A stretch of DNA of 62,806 bases, counting the filler, from Octopus bimaculoides (taxonomy: Eukaryota), in NCBI RefSeq assembly GCF_001194135.2. It is 5 parts of 5 records of this genome, joined end to end, with 100 filler letters (N's around TTAATTAATTAA, not from the genome) between each part and the next. Parts side by side here need not be neighbours in the genome. Positions count along the whole stretch, not along the records: positions 43,925 to 60,654 come from NC_068984.1; positions 60,755 to 62,806 come from NW_026304129.1; 3 more parts are not named here. One strand, given 5' to 3'. A program made the translations under genes and the position numbers. A model generated the notes under the pieces. It did not search any database. It was given only the letters and a program-made list of their open reading frames with translations, and was not told where the DNA came from. Numbering within the stretch: position 1 is the first letter of the stretch; the number at the start of each line of letters is the position of its first letter. Shown here one piece after another: positions 52,240-62,806 of the stretch.

Positions 52240-52760
52240 ACAGCTGTATGGTTAAGAAGTTTGCTTCCTAACTACATGGTTTCCAGTTCAGTCCCACTTG
52301 TACCTTGGATAAGTGTTTTCTACTGTAGTCATGAGCTGACCAGCTTTGTGAGTGGTTTTGGTGAAAAGAAACTGAAAGAAACTTGTTGTACATGTGTGTG
52401 CTTGTTTGTGTCTCCTTGTCTTGATATTGTACAGTAGTTGTAAATGAGCATCACTGTCATACAAGCAGTATCCTTCATTTCCAATCTTCCATGAAAACAT
52501 GTCTGGCCATGTGGCAGTATTACTTTGCTTGGAAACATTTGAGGATTGGTGACAAGAAGAGCATCCAACCGTAGAATATCTGCCTGGACAAATTCTGTTT
52601 GATGGCTTTCTTTCAATTTTTCTTTACCAGATCCAATCGCAAGGCTTTGGCTGACCTGGGGCTATCACTTGCACAAGTTGCTGCACAAAGGAACTGAACC
52701 TCAAATCATTTGATTTGGCAGCAAACTTCTTTAACTACACAGCCATACCTGTGCCTATTG
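52240..52760. mobile_element. CpG-decayed SINE copies (family B-type head on plus, plus an inverted head at ~52620-52755) in CAD intron 1
   Basis: gctgtatggttaagaagtttgcttcctaactacatggtttccagttcagtccc matches the family B head. Confidence 0.6.
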
Positions 52761-53721
52761 ATTGATTAATTTTATGTTTAATATTGATTTTCTTTGTCAA
52801 CTTTGCCTGATGGTAAACAGCAGCTTAACAGCTGTCCTTTAATTTCTTTGGTTCACTGCCATAATGGAACTTAACATACAGTTTTGAACCATTTGTGTAA
52901 ACCTGGGTATTTGGCTTCACTCTGTTTCACATGCAGGGTGAGCTTATAAATATAGTAGGTTTTCCAGTTTCCTCTTGGATTTCAGTTCCCAAATGGTTTT
53001 TCTCTACTTGAGAGAGCTGTCTTAGTGTTCCATCTCTTTACTCTGGAATCTCAGCAAAATGATGATTCTCTGCTTGAAAGAACCTCATCAGCCTGCCTTG
53101 TTTGGCAGAATCATTCATTTCTTCTTCATTTAAGTTCACATGCAAACATTGAGCTCAACTTTTTGGTCCTAGTAGTATTTGATTTAGTTGCTTTTCGTTC
53201 CCTTTGCCGTTATTCTTTTTTGCTGCCAACTAAAACTACATACTCTAGCAGCTTAGAGTACAGAATTTAAAATTTTAACCATTGGCCCAAAATGGCAGCA
53301 TGTGTATCATTTCTTTAGTATAAATTTCAAACAGATTTTAATTGCATATTCCCATAAATGCAAAATGGAAGTAGAAATTTCATGCAACAAACATCATGTA
53401 GATATATATAAAAAGTCTGTTCATTTTGTTTATTTTTCTGTGCTAGCATGGATTAGACAAATATGTATTATTGAGGCATTATTTTACAGCAGAATGCCCT
53501 CTCTGTCAATAAACCTTCCCTGGTTGTCAAGTAAGGGGTCTCTTATTCCATATGTCTTTGAAAGCACAGAGCCTGTGGATGGTTTATTGGAAAAAATGAC
53601 AGTAAATTTCACCACTTGTAAGCTCAGCCCTTTTTCATGTAAAGCATACAGGATATAAATATTTGCACAGATACATGTACATGTATACACGATGTCATAA
53701 AGGTTAAAATTTCATGCAATG

Positions 53722-54215
53722 AACATCATCATCATCATCATTTAACATCCATTGTCCATGCTGTTTGATCAGGGCTGGCAAGCTGGAAGGCTACACTAGA
53801 CTACAGTCTGATTTGGCATGGTTTCCTAACACCAACTTCTCTGAGAGTGTAATGGATGCTTTTATGTGCCACCGGCACAGGTGTTATTTGCACGACACCA
53901 GTATCTGCCACAACTATGATTTCACTTGGCTTTATGGGTCTTCTCAAGCACAGCATAATGTCAAAGGTCTCAGTCATTTGTCATTGCCTCTGTGAGGCCC
54001 AACACTCAAAAGGTGCTTTTCACATGTCACCAGTATCAGCCACCTTACCTCCGTGAGGCCCAATATTCCAAAAGGTGTTTTTTTTTACATGTCAGTTACA
54101 TGACACTAGCATTGACCATGACTACGATGTCACTTGGCTTGACGAGTCTTCTCAAGTACAGCATATTGTCAAAGGTCTCGGTCACTAGTCATTGCCTCTG
54201 TGAGGCCCAAGGATA
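53722..54215 (-). mobile_element. SINE-like family C with (GAT)n tail and internal tandem units
   Basis: catcatcatcatttaacatccattgtccatgc...ctacagtctgatttggcatggtttc is the reverse complement of the 58920-59200 element; tgcctctgtgaggcccaa is repeated internally. Confidence 0.7.
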
Positions 54216-55175
54216 TATAAAAGTAGTCTACAAAGAATTTAAATTTGTCATTTTCCATTTCATTTGTTTTGATGTTCATCATTTCTAATGGAAATATAAA
54301 ATGAGGATGTAAGGAAGAGGCTTTTGAAATCAATGCCTAAAATGCTAAAATATTATAGTTGTGTTAAATTGGACAATCATACAGGATAATTTATTAATCA
54401 GGTCATAAACAACTGTAATGGATCTAACTTTAATTTTCCTTATTTGGAAATGCAGCACAAATTGACTTAGATTCTGATGCAAAGACAAAACAAAGAACAT
54501 GAGGGTTGGTATTTTATAAACGTTTATTAGCATACAAAGAAATTTTTAGTGGGTTAGACTATCTTAACCCATTAGTTAATGAAGAATTTAGTAAAAGTAA
54601 GCTGGTGTTTGAAACATAAATTAGCATGAAATTTTGGTGAGTTTTAATTTAGATCACTTTATAACAAGAAGTTTCTATCATAAAACCAGAGGCAGTTTCA
54701 GATTGGTTAAAGGTTAACCAGTTAATTAATTAGTCTTCTGGAGATTTTTCAGATGCTGTTATAGGCCTTGTTTTGCTACATCCTGGAAGCAGTATATTAA
54801 TGGGTTTACCATTTTAAGTACACAAAGTAGCTGTATGGATACCATTTTGACAATTTTATTATTAAAACGATAAGAATAATTTTTGATGAGTTTATGAATC
54901 TGAGAAATCCTAAAATTATGTAACTTTAAACATTTTTCATTTATATCCAAAACCCCACCCTGAGGTTTAGATAAAGCTTATTTAACTTGAAGTTATAGAA
55001 ACAAATTTAAAATGCAAATAAATAAAGAAAAACATTTTTAGTGCTGAGTTACCATCTGAGTGTTCAACTTGTGTACAATGAAAAGAGGATTTATAAAAGT
55101 GTGCATGTGTGCACTCACACACACATTTATTTTTAAGATATTTTAATTAAAAAGAATTTTTTTTTTTTTTTACAG

Positions 55176-55445
55176 TCTTCCAAACTGGCATGGTTGGTTA
55201 TCCAGAATCTTTAACAGATCCATCTTACAAATCTCAGATCTTAATTCTTACATACCCACTAATTGGTAATTATGGAATCCCAAGTCAGAAAAAAGACAAG
55301 AATGGCCTTCCACTCTGGTTTGAGTCAGCTAAAATACATGCATCTGCCTTGATTATTGGTGCCCTTAGTGATGACTACAGCCATTGGAATGCAGTTCGTT
55401 CTCTATCAGATTGGTTGGCTGAAGAATCTATCCCAGCTATTTGTG
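55176..55445 (+). CDS. CAD: CAD coding exon 2 (CPSase small-subunit domain)
   Basis: Poly-T acceptor tttttacag; (V)[35 protein letters not shown]...[15 protein letters not shown]...[22 protein letters not shown](G); donor GTAATT at 55446; phases 1/1 are consistent with the neighbouring exons. Confidence 0.96.
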
Positions 55446-56109
55446 GTAATTTTTGTTTCATTTTCTATATAAATAATTAGTTTCATGATCAAAGTTTGTA
55501 TACTGTTTTTTCTCTTTCTTTAAACCTTTGTCTAAATGCATCACTTTTTCTATCTTCTCTTTGTATTTCTCTATCTCATTTTTATTCTGTTTTCTTTCCT
55601 CCGCTTCTAGTTAAAAGAAATTAGTATATTTACACCGAAATATATTGTTTGTTGATGAAAGATATATATATATATATATATAAATGTATACATATATATA
55701 ACAATTTAACAATTTTGTCAACTATGCCAACCATAGACTACAATCTTAAAAGAAAGGCAGTGGTTTTTTATGCATTGATGAAAGAAATCATTCTTATAAC
55801 AGTGTGATACAGATGCTAGTCATATTGACAAAGATGGTTAATGGAATCAAATGTTTGATTCTCATTTCAAATATTTCTAGTATATCATTTGCCATTTTCT
55901 GATCTGCTCAACTCACTATATACCCAGCATCATCTTACAGAGGTGGGAAGGAGGATGTACTGATGTCTAATTGTAGAGGGAATCTGTGGGAAAGGTAGAC
56001 CCAAGAAGAAGCAGGATGAGGTGGTGAAATATGAGCTTTGGTTGTTGAGTTTCATGGAAGTGATAACCAGTGACCAAGGCTTCTGGTGATTTGCTGTGCT
56101 TGAGAAGAT

Positions 56110-56392
56110 GTATCAAGCTAAGTGAGATCCTGGTCATGGCTAGAACCAGTGACATGTAAAAGATGCTTGTGATAGTGACACGTTAAAGGTACCCTTGCTG
56201 GTGACGCATAAAAGCACTCAGTACACTCTGTAACTTGGTTGGTGTTAGGGAGGGCATCCAGCCATAGAAACCAAGCCAAAACAGATGTCTGGAGCCTGGT
56301 GCAGCTCTTCAGCTTACCAGCTCCAGTCAAACCATCTAACCTATGCCAGCATGGAAAATGGACATTAAGTGATCATGATGATGCTGATGATT
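56110..56392 (+). mobile_element. SINE-like family C
   Basis: gttagggagggcatccagccatagaaacc...ggagcctggtgcag...ccagcatggaaaatggacattaagtgatcatgatgatg matches 58920-59200. Confidence 0.7.
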
Positions 56393-56454
56393 GAAATTGC
56401 AGTTAAGGCTCTTTGGTATGATTAAATATTTATGCACAAGTACTAGATGTGAAA

Positions 56455-56790
56455 ACTGGAAAGTGACAAACAGTGAAGAAAAAACAATGGACAGCTTCTA
56501 ATTCACATGCTAAAAGAGAATACTCAACATCAAGTGGTTGCAAAGACTACAAAATGACACAATTGAAACAAGAATGGGCTTCAACAGGGTCAGTGACGAA
56601 ATAAGACGCAGACACTGGAGCTGAATTAGGCATATCCTCAGAAAAGATTGAAAAAGCGATTGTATAGTTGCACTAAAGTGGCAGCCTGAGGGGGAAAAGA
56701 ACAGCAGAATGCCCTAAAACCACATGGCGAAGGACCATTGACAAGGAGAGGCGACGGGAAAAGGGGAGAAGGATGTAGCAAGCAGGCTTT
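56455..56790 (+). mobile_element. Degenerate RTE LINE 3' fragment in CAD intron 2
   Basis: KRILNIKWLQRLQNDTI...DEIRRRHWS*IRHILRK...ALKWQPEG...PKTTWRRTIDKE; RTE C-terminal motifs with stops. Confidence 0.75.
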
Positions 56791-57068
56791 AGGGTTCCAA
56801 CTCATTCTATGGTATTTCTTTTGCTTAAGCAAAATCTGAAAAATGTATAAAAAAAGATAAAACTTGAACAAGGAAAGCTGTTCTTTCATATATATATATA
56901 TATTATATAGTTTGCACCCACTGCCTAAGTCGGCTGTAATATAGTATATATTAAATGCATTCAAGCTGAGACCACCCATTCTCATCTTCAGGAAAGGTGT
57001 GACCCAGATTACATTGTCCAGTGTGCCTTTTTTTAAGAGTCTGTCCTAAGATTTTTTTCTTTTCACAG

Positions 57069-57127
57069 GTATTGACACCAGAGCCCTGACCAAACGGATT
57101 CGAGACAAAGGCACAATGTTAGGAAAG
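57069..57127 (+). CDS. CAD: CAD coding exon 3
   Basis: Acceptor ttttcacag; (G)IDTRALTKRIRDKGTMLGK matches the conserved G(I/V)DTRxLTKxxRxxGxMLGK; donor GTAATT at 57128. The gene continues beyond the window or in gaps. Confidence 0.94.
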
Positions 57128-58217
57128 GTAATTGATCTATTTATTATTTACATTTGCTGATGCCAGTGCTATGTGACTGGCACCCAAAAAGCACTGTTCT
57201 AAAGTTTTCATATGCCATAAAAAAGAAAATTTGAAAAATTAAGAATTTTTTACAACCCCACTCCCTGCCCTCAATTGTTTCTGTTTAGCAATTAAAATAT
57301 TGGAGAGCCTGAGAAGGTCGTTGCTGGCATTTATCCACAGTGATTTATAAAGATTGCAGAGATGTACTTGCATAGCAAGTGACTTGATCTGAGATCATGT
57401 GCTGAAACAAAAACAGTTACAGCATAGATGTTTGTAAGCCATTCAAGAACACACAGAAACCGTTAATTTCATGGCACTACTTAAATACAGAGGTCCCAAT
57501 GCATCTATGTAACAATATGAAGGGGAGGGTTAGTTTTAGGGTTGGTTAGGGTTTCATTACATGTCCACACAGCATACATTTAAAATGTTTTGTATGTAAC
57601 ACCTGTATTTAAGTAATACCATTAAGGGACCTCTGTATTTAAGTAGTACCAGTTTCACTTCAACATTAGAATTTCATTTGTGTCAAAATATTTTCTTTTG
57701 AAACCACAACCTGTTCATTGACAAAACTTTGCAAAAGTAATGCAGCATGAAATTGTATCAGTGAACAGCAAACACACAAACACACATTCATTGCCTTTCG
57801 TTTGTGTGTATGTGTGTGTGCGCAAGTGTGTCGCTGTTGAAGTCGCTCGTGCAACTTGTTTGTGTGCATATTGGTTTAGTGGTACAGAGTGCATCCAATA
57901 AATTAATAAATTACGTATACATTAATAGAATAAACTGTTGGTTTTCCAAATAACAAATGAAAACTTTAGAGAAAATGAGACTTTGCAAATGAGAATGGAA
58001 TACTCTGCAGTGAATGCAATGAATATTTGAATTTGTGAATTGGATGCAGTGAATATTTAAATTTGCGAGAAATTGGAGTTCAAAAAATTCAAAAAACTTG
58101 AGTAATCGAAATTATAGGAAATTTCTTAGAACAGGAATTTATAAAAAATATTTCCAGACGGTCAACCCATTAATTGCTTCCTTTTAGTAATTTTAGTAAT
58201 TGTTGCATACCTAATTT

Positions 58218-58594
58218 TGTTGGCACTCCGTCGCTTACGACATTGAGGGTTCCAGTTGATCCGATCAACGGAACAGCCTGCTCGTGAAATTAATGCGCAA
58301 GTGGCTGAGCACTCCACAGACACGTGTACCCTTAACGTGGTTCTTGGGGATATTCAGCTTGGCACAGCGTGACAAGGCTGACCCTTTGAATTACAGGCAC
58401 AACAGAAACAGGAAGTAAGAGTGAGAGAAAGTTGTGAAAGAGTACAGCAGGGTTCGCCACCATCCTCTGCTGGAGCCTCGTGGAGCTTTAGGTGTTTTCG
58501 CTCATTAAACACTCACAACGCCCGGTCTGGGAATCGAAACCGCGATCCTATGACCGCGAGTCTGCTGCCCTAACTACTGGGCCATTGCGCCTCC
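58218..58594 (-). mobile_element. tRNA-derived SINE family A, copy 3, with 12-bp TSD GCATACCTAATT
   Basis: High identity to copies 1 and 2; GCATACCTAATT at 58205-58216 and 58597-58608. Confidence 0.88.
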
Positions 58595-58919
58595 AAGCAT
58601 ACCTAATTAATAAGCGGCTTTTCCCATTATAGTATAGATACATAGTGCACACGCACATACATATCTTAATATATATTCACGTGTGCACACACGCACACTT
58701 TTGTCGCATATAATGTAGATGCATGGATACACAATATGCTTCCGTGTATTTGGAATATAAATGCACCTAATTACATCAGTATCGGAAGAGTTTGTTAACC
58801 ATGTCAATGTGGAAGGAGGATGTTAATTCAAAAGTGGAACAATTTTGCATGCACACACTCTGTTTGTGCATATATACATGTATATTTAATTATACACACA
58901 CTCATAAGTGAACAGACAT

Positions 58920-59272
58920 GAATATAGGATTTTCGAGCGAGATCGTTGCCAGTGCCCCTGGACTGGCTTGTGCGGGTGGCACATAAAAGACACCATTTCG
59001 AGCGTGGCCGTTTTCGTGCGGGTGACACGTAAAAGCACCCACTACACTCTCTGAGTGGTTGGCGTTAGGAAGGGCATCCAGCTGTAGAAACTCTGCCAAA
59101 TCAGACTGGAGCCTGGTGTTGCCATCCGGTTTCACCAGTCCTCAGTCAAATCGTCCAACCCATGCTAGCATGGAAAGCGGACGTTAAACAATGATGATGA
59201 TATATATATACATGTATTGGTGCATACATATGTGAATATAGATAAATGTACACACACACACGCACATCTAAG

Positions 59273-59305
<33 letters not shown>

Positions 59306-59481
59306 GCACACATATCTAAATATATATGTACACACACACACACACATGCACAAATATCTAAATATACATATATAAACTCTGCCAAATCAGATTGGAGCCT
59401 GGTGTAGCCATCTGGTTTCACCAGTCCTCAGTCAAATCATCCAACCCATGCTAGCATGGAAAGCAGACGTTAAACGACGAC

Positions 59482-59482
<1 letters not shown>
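58920..59482 (+). mobile_element. SINE-like family C, young copy plus a partial duplicate of its 3' end (59375-59482)
   Basis: aaactctgccaaatcaga(c/t)tggagcctggtgt.gccatc.ggtttcaccagtcctcagtcaaatc.tccaacccatgctagcatggaaagc.gacgttaaac occurs twice, with GAT/GAC tails. Confidence 0.8.
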
Positions 59483-59520
<38 letters not shown>

Positions 59521-60014
59521 CAATGTTAATTCTCTAAATGAAGTATTAACAGTAACTGCACGATAAAGTGTAGTATATTGCCACTTAAGTGTGGCTGACC
59601 CCTAGGGGTGGATGTTACTGTTGCTTTTAGCCCCAGGAGGACATCTCCTCCAGCTGGCTTATCGACACACGACTGTGTCCTGTTTGCCAAGGGTAGTTAT
59701 CCCTCTCACCAACATCTGCAGCACGAACGGATCCGGATTTCAGGGTTATTTCCCTTCGTCGGCGTCCGATAGCCACATATACATGCACACGTATCTAAAT
59801 ATAAGCGGACTTTAAATGATGATGATACAAATGTACACACATCTAAATATATATATATATAAACAAGATATAAGTTAGAGGGTATGCAACCATCTAAGTG
59901 ATAGACGTATCTGTAAGCACTCCTGGTGTATTAACTCACTATGTATAGTCCTAGTTATAAGGTATATGGTAGTAGGTAATTTAAAGGTAAAACCGTGGTT
60001 TAATATATAGAAAC

Positions 60015-60610
60015 GATAAGAAATGGAGCAATAATTAACAATGAGAAGTGGATCATTGGTGTTTAAAAGTCGTTGTTTAATTGTATTTGGGACCATTTAC
60101 AGCTGTTTCTGTTCATCAAATCAGTAAATTTACATTTAATAAACATCTTCAGAATGATTAGAGGGAAAAGAAAGGCAAAGAAAAAGAAAGAGTTCGTTAA
60201 ATCTTTAGTTAAATCTAAGTTAGTTTAAGATTACAAAGGAAGCTCTTGTTAAAAACTAAGGATGCTATTTAACGTTTGTATGACATAGTGTATACATATG
60301 GGCTATGTAAAGGAATAGTAAACAGAGTTGAAAACTACATAAAAATTATTAAAATCAATAGAAATTATAACATGTAAGTGTGTCAGTAGTCTAGCTTTCA
60401 AGTGAATTTATTATATGGAATTAATTCCCTAGTGTACTACGTAGATTAAAATAGATAGTTTGGTTAGTTATTAAACATAAGAGGTAAATGTAAATTTACT
60501 CTGATTTGATAAATAGAAACAGCTGTAAATGGTCCCAAATACAATTAAACAACGACTTTTAAACACCAGTGATCCACTTCTCATTGTTAATTATTGCTCC
60601 ATTTCTTATC
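60015..60610. repeat. Element with ~124-bp inverted arms
   Basis: 60015-60138 (gataagaaatggagcaataattaacaatgagaagtggatca...gtaaatttacattta) is the near-perfect reverse complement of 60485-60610. Confidence 0.88.
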
Positions 60611-60611
60611 T

Positions 60612-60654
<43 letters not shown>

Positions 60655-61126
60655 NNNNNNNNNNNNNNNNNNNNNNNNNNNNNNNNNNNNNNNNNNNNTT
60701 AATTAATTAANNNNNNNNNNNNNNNNNNNNNNNNNNNNNNNNNNNNNNNNNNNNGCACGTCTCTATGTGTGTGTGTATATACATGTGCTTGTTTTTGTTT
60801 GTGTGGGGCGTTTTTGATTGGTCCCAGAAATTATTGTCAGTGTGTGTTTTATATTTGGTAGGATGGTGTGTGTATATGTGTGCACGTTTGTGAGTGTGTG
60901 TATGTGTGTGATTAGTATTTGTTTCCGGAAACTACATAAACCATACCCACATATATACATGCACACACAAGCACATACTCATTACCGACATGCACAGAAC
61001 GTACACGCACACACATACACACCAACAAATAAACACATACATATTCACCCTCACACACATACGGTTGCTCACACACACATCACCAAGACAATTATAACAA
61101 CACAAACATACTCAGACAGACAGACA

Positions 61127-61164
<38 letters not shown>

Positions 61165-61174
61165 AATAAATAAG

Positions 61175-61452
61175 TCGAGCTGACAGAAACGACACCACGC
61201 CGGGCGGAANNNNNNNNNNCACACACACATAAATAAATAAGTCGAGCTGACAGAAACGACACCACGCCGGTCGGAATGCTTAGCAATATTTTGTCTGTCT
61301 TTACGTTCTTCAGTCCAAATTTCGCTGAGGTCGACCTTGCCTTTCATCCTTTCAGGGTCGAGAAATTAGGCACCAGTTGCGTACTGAGATCGATCTAATC
61401 GACTGGCCCCTTTCCTAAAATGTTCGGGTCTTGTGCCTAGTGTAGAACCGAA
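61175..61452 (+). mobile_element. SINE-like family D (5' part duplicated across a small gap)
   Basis: gtcgagctgacagaaacgacaccacgccgg...gaggtcgaccttgcctttcatcctttcagggtcga...tgtgcctagtgtagaa matches 20961-21152. Confidence 0.75.
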
Positions 61453-62358
61453 CATATATATATATATATATATANNNNNNNNNNNNNNNNNNNNNNNNNN
61501 NNNNNNNNNNNNNNNNNNNNNNNNNNNNNNNNNNNNNNNNNNNNNNNNNNNNNNNNNNNNNNNNNNNNNNNNNNNNNNNNNNNNNNNNNNNNNNNNNNNN
61601 NNNNNNNNNNNNNNNNNNNNNNNNNNNNNNNNNNNNNNNNNNNNNNNNNNNNNNNNNNNNNNNNNNNNNNNNNNNNNNNNNNNNNNNNNNNNNNNNNNNN
61701 NNNNNNNNNNNNNNNNNNNNNNNNNNNNNNNNNNNNNNNNNNNNNNNNNNNNNNNNNNNNNNNNNNNNNNNNNNNNNNNNNNNNNNNNNNNNNNNNNNNN
61801 NNNNNNNNNNNNNNNNNNNNNNNNNNNNNNNNNNNNNNNNNNNNNNNNNNNNNNNNNNNNNNNNNNNNNNNNNNNNNNNNNNNNNNNNNNNNNNNNNNNN
61901 NNNNNNNNNNNNNNNNNNNNNNNNNNNNNNNNNNNNNNNNNNNNNNNNNNNNNNNNNNNNNNNNNNNNNNNNNNNNNNNNNNNNNNNNNNNNNNNNNNNN
62001 NNNNNNNNNNNNNNNNNNNNNNNNNNNNNNNNNNNNNNNNNNNNNNNNNNNNNNNNNNNNNNNNNNNNNNNNNNNNNNNNNNNNNNNNNNNNNNNNNNNN
62101 NNNNNNNNNNNNNNNNNNNNNNNNNNNNNNNNNNNNNNNNNNNNNNNNNNNNNNNNNNNNNNNNNNNNNNNNNNNNNNNNNNNNNNNNNNNNNNNNNNNN
62201 NNNNNNNNNNNNNNNNNNNNNNNNNNNNNNNNNNNNNNNNNNNNNNNNNNNNNNNNNNNNNNNNNNNNNNNNNNNNNNNNNNNNNNNNNNNNNNNNNNNN
62301 NNNNNNNNNNNNNNNNNNNNNNNNNNNNNNNNNNNNNNNNNNNNNNNNNNNNNNNNNT

Positions 62359-62783
62359 CATGGCAGAATTAATAGTGAAGGCTATTTAAGCATTTTATCT
62401 AATCAGATTCATCCTACGGTTGCGGAACTGTTTCCAGAGCGAAACGCAATCTTTCAGAATGATAATGCACCAATTCACACAGCTAAAGTTTTTACTGAAT
62501 GGCAGGAGACACATTCTAGTGAAGTTGAACAGTTTATCTGGTCACCACAGTCCCCAGATCTCAATATTATTGAGTAGTTATGGTGCATTTTATAAAATAA
62601 GTAAGGAGTCGATATCCTCCACCATATCGATATCATCACTGCAAGGACTGGAGACTGTTTTAGTTGACGAATGGACAGAAATTCCCTTTGGAAACAATTC
62701 AAACTTTGTACGAGTCAATACCTCGTAAAATTGAAGCTGTTTAAAATTTCAAGATGTTTCCATTATTTTGTCCAACCCCTGTA
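62359..62783 (+). mobile_element. Tc1-like transposon 3' half: transposase C-terminus (D36E spacing), right TIR and TA target
   Basis: HGRINSEGYLSIL...IFQNDNAPIHTAKV...WSPQSPDLNIIE*LW...; TIR reverse complement CAGGGGTTGGACAAAATAATGGAAAC at 62756-62781, followed by TA (62782-62783). Confidence 0.88.
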
Positions 62784-62806
62784 CTTACGTACACACACAC
62801 ACACAC

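Noticed and set aside
53302-53658. 118-aa plus-strand ORF in CAD intron 1
   Set aside because: No homology recognised; partly made of dispersed-repeat sequence and has no role in the CAD reading frame.
5726-62389. Long ORFs of 100-388 aa made of X, YI, HT or CV repeats
   Set aside because: Artefacts of N gaps and (TA)n/(CA)n microsatellites; no coding signal.
1-62806. CRISPR arrays or prokaryotic operon-type systems
   Set aside because: Eukaryotic intron-containing DNA; no regularly spaced repeat-spacer array or cas-like ORF was seen.

Overview
AT-rich, microsatellite-dense and gap-ridden animal genomic DNA. The repeat landscape and IL-17 content suggest a cephalopod, probably Octopus (inference). 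Protein-coding content: (1) an intact two-exon interleukin-17-like gene on the minus strand (exon 1 CDS 24662-24676, exon 2 22443-22973, predicted 181 aa with a signal peptide that the ORF track misses); (2) a disabled IL-17 paralog about 11 kb away in the same orientation (33941-~34400; nonsense codon plus frameshift), with an RTE LINE fragment just past its stop codon; (3) the first three coding exons of CAD (carbamoyl-phosphate synthetase small-subunit/GATase domain) on the plus strand from 47777, continuing beyond the window. The remainder is transposon debris: CR1/L2-like and RTE LINE 3' ends, a Tigger/pogo transposase, a mariner relic, a Gypsy gag-pol fragment, a Tc1-type transposase with DD36E spacing and its right TIR, a hAT MITE, foldback elements and at least four SINE-like families. 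The most unusual object is a ~300 bp element at 21504-21810 that joins a tRNA-derived Pol III head to a structurally complete minimal type I hammerhead ribozyme of the Penelope-associated, dimer-requiring kind. It lies antisense, ~0.6 kb downstream of the IL-17 stop codon. A second, variant hammerhead-like fold is at 35330-35377. All assignments were made by eye; no database search was run.
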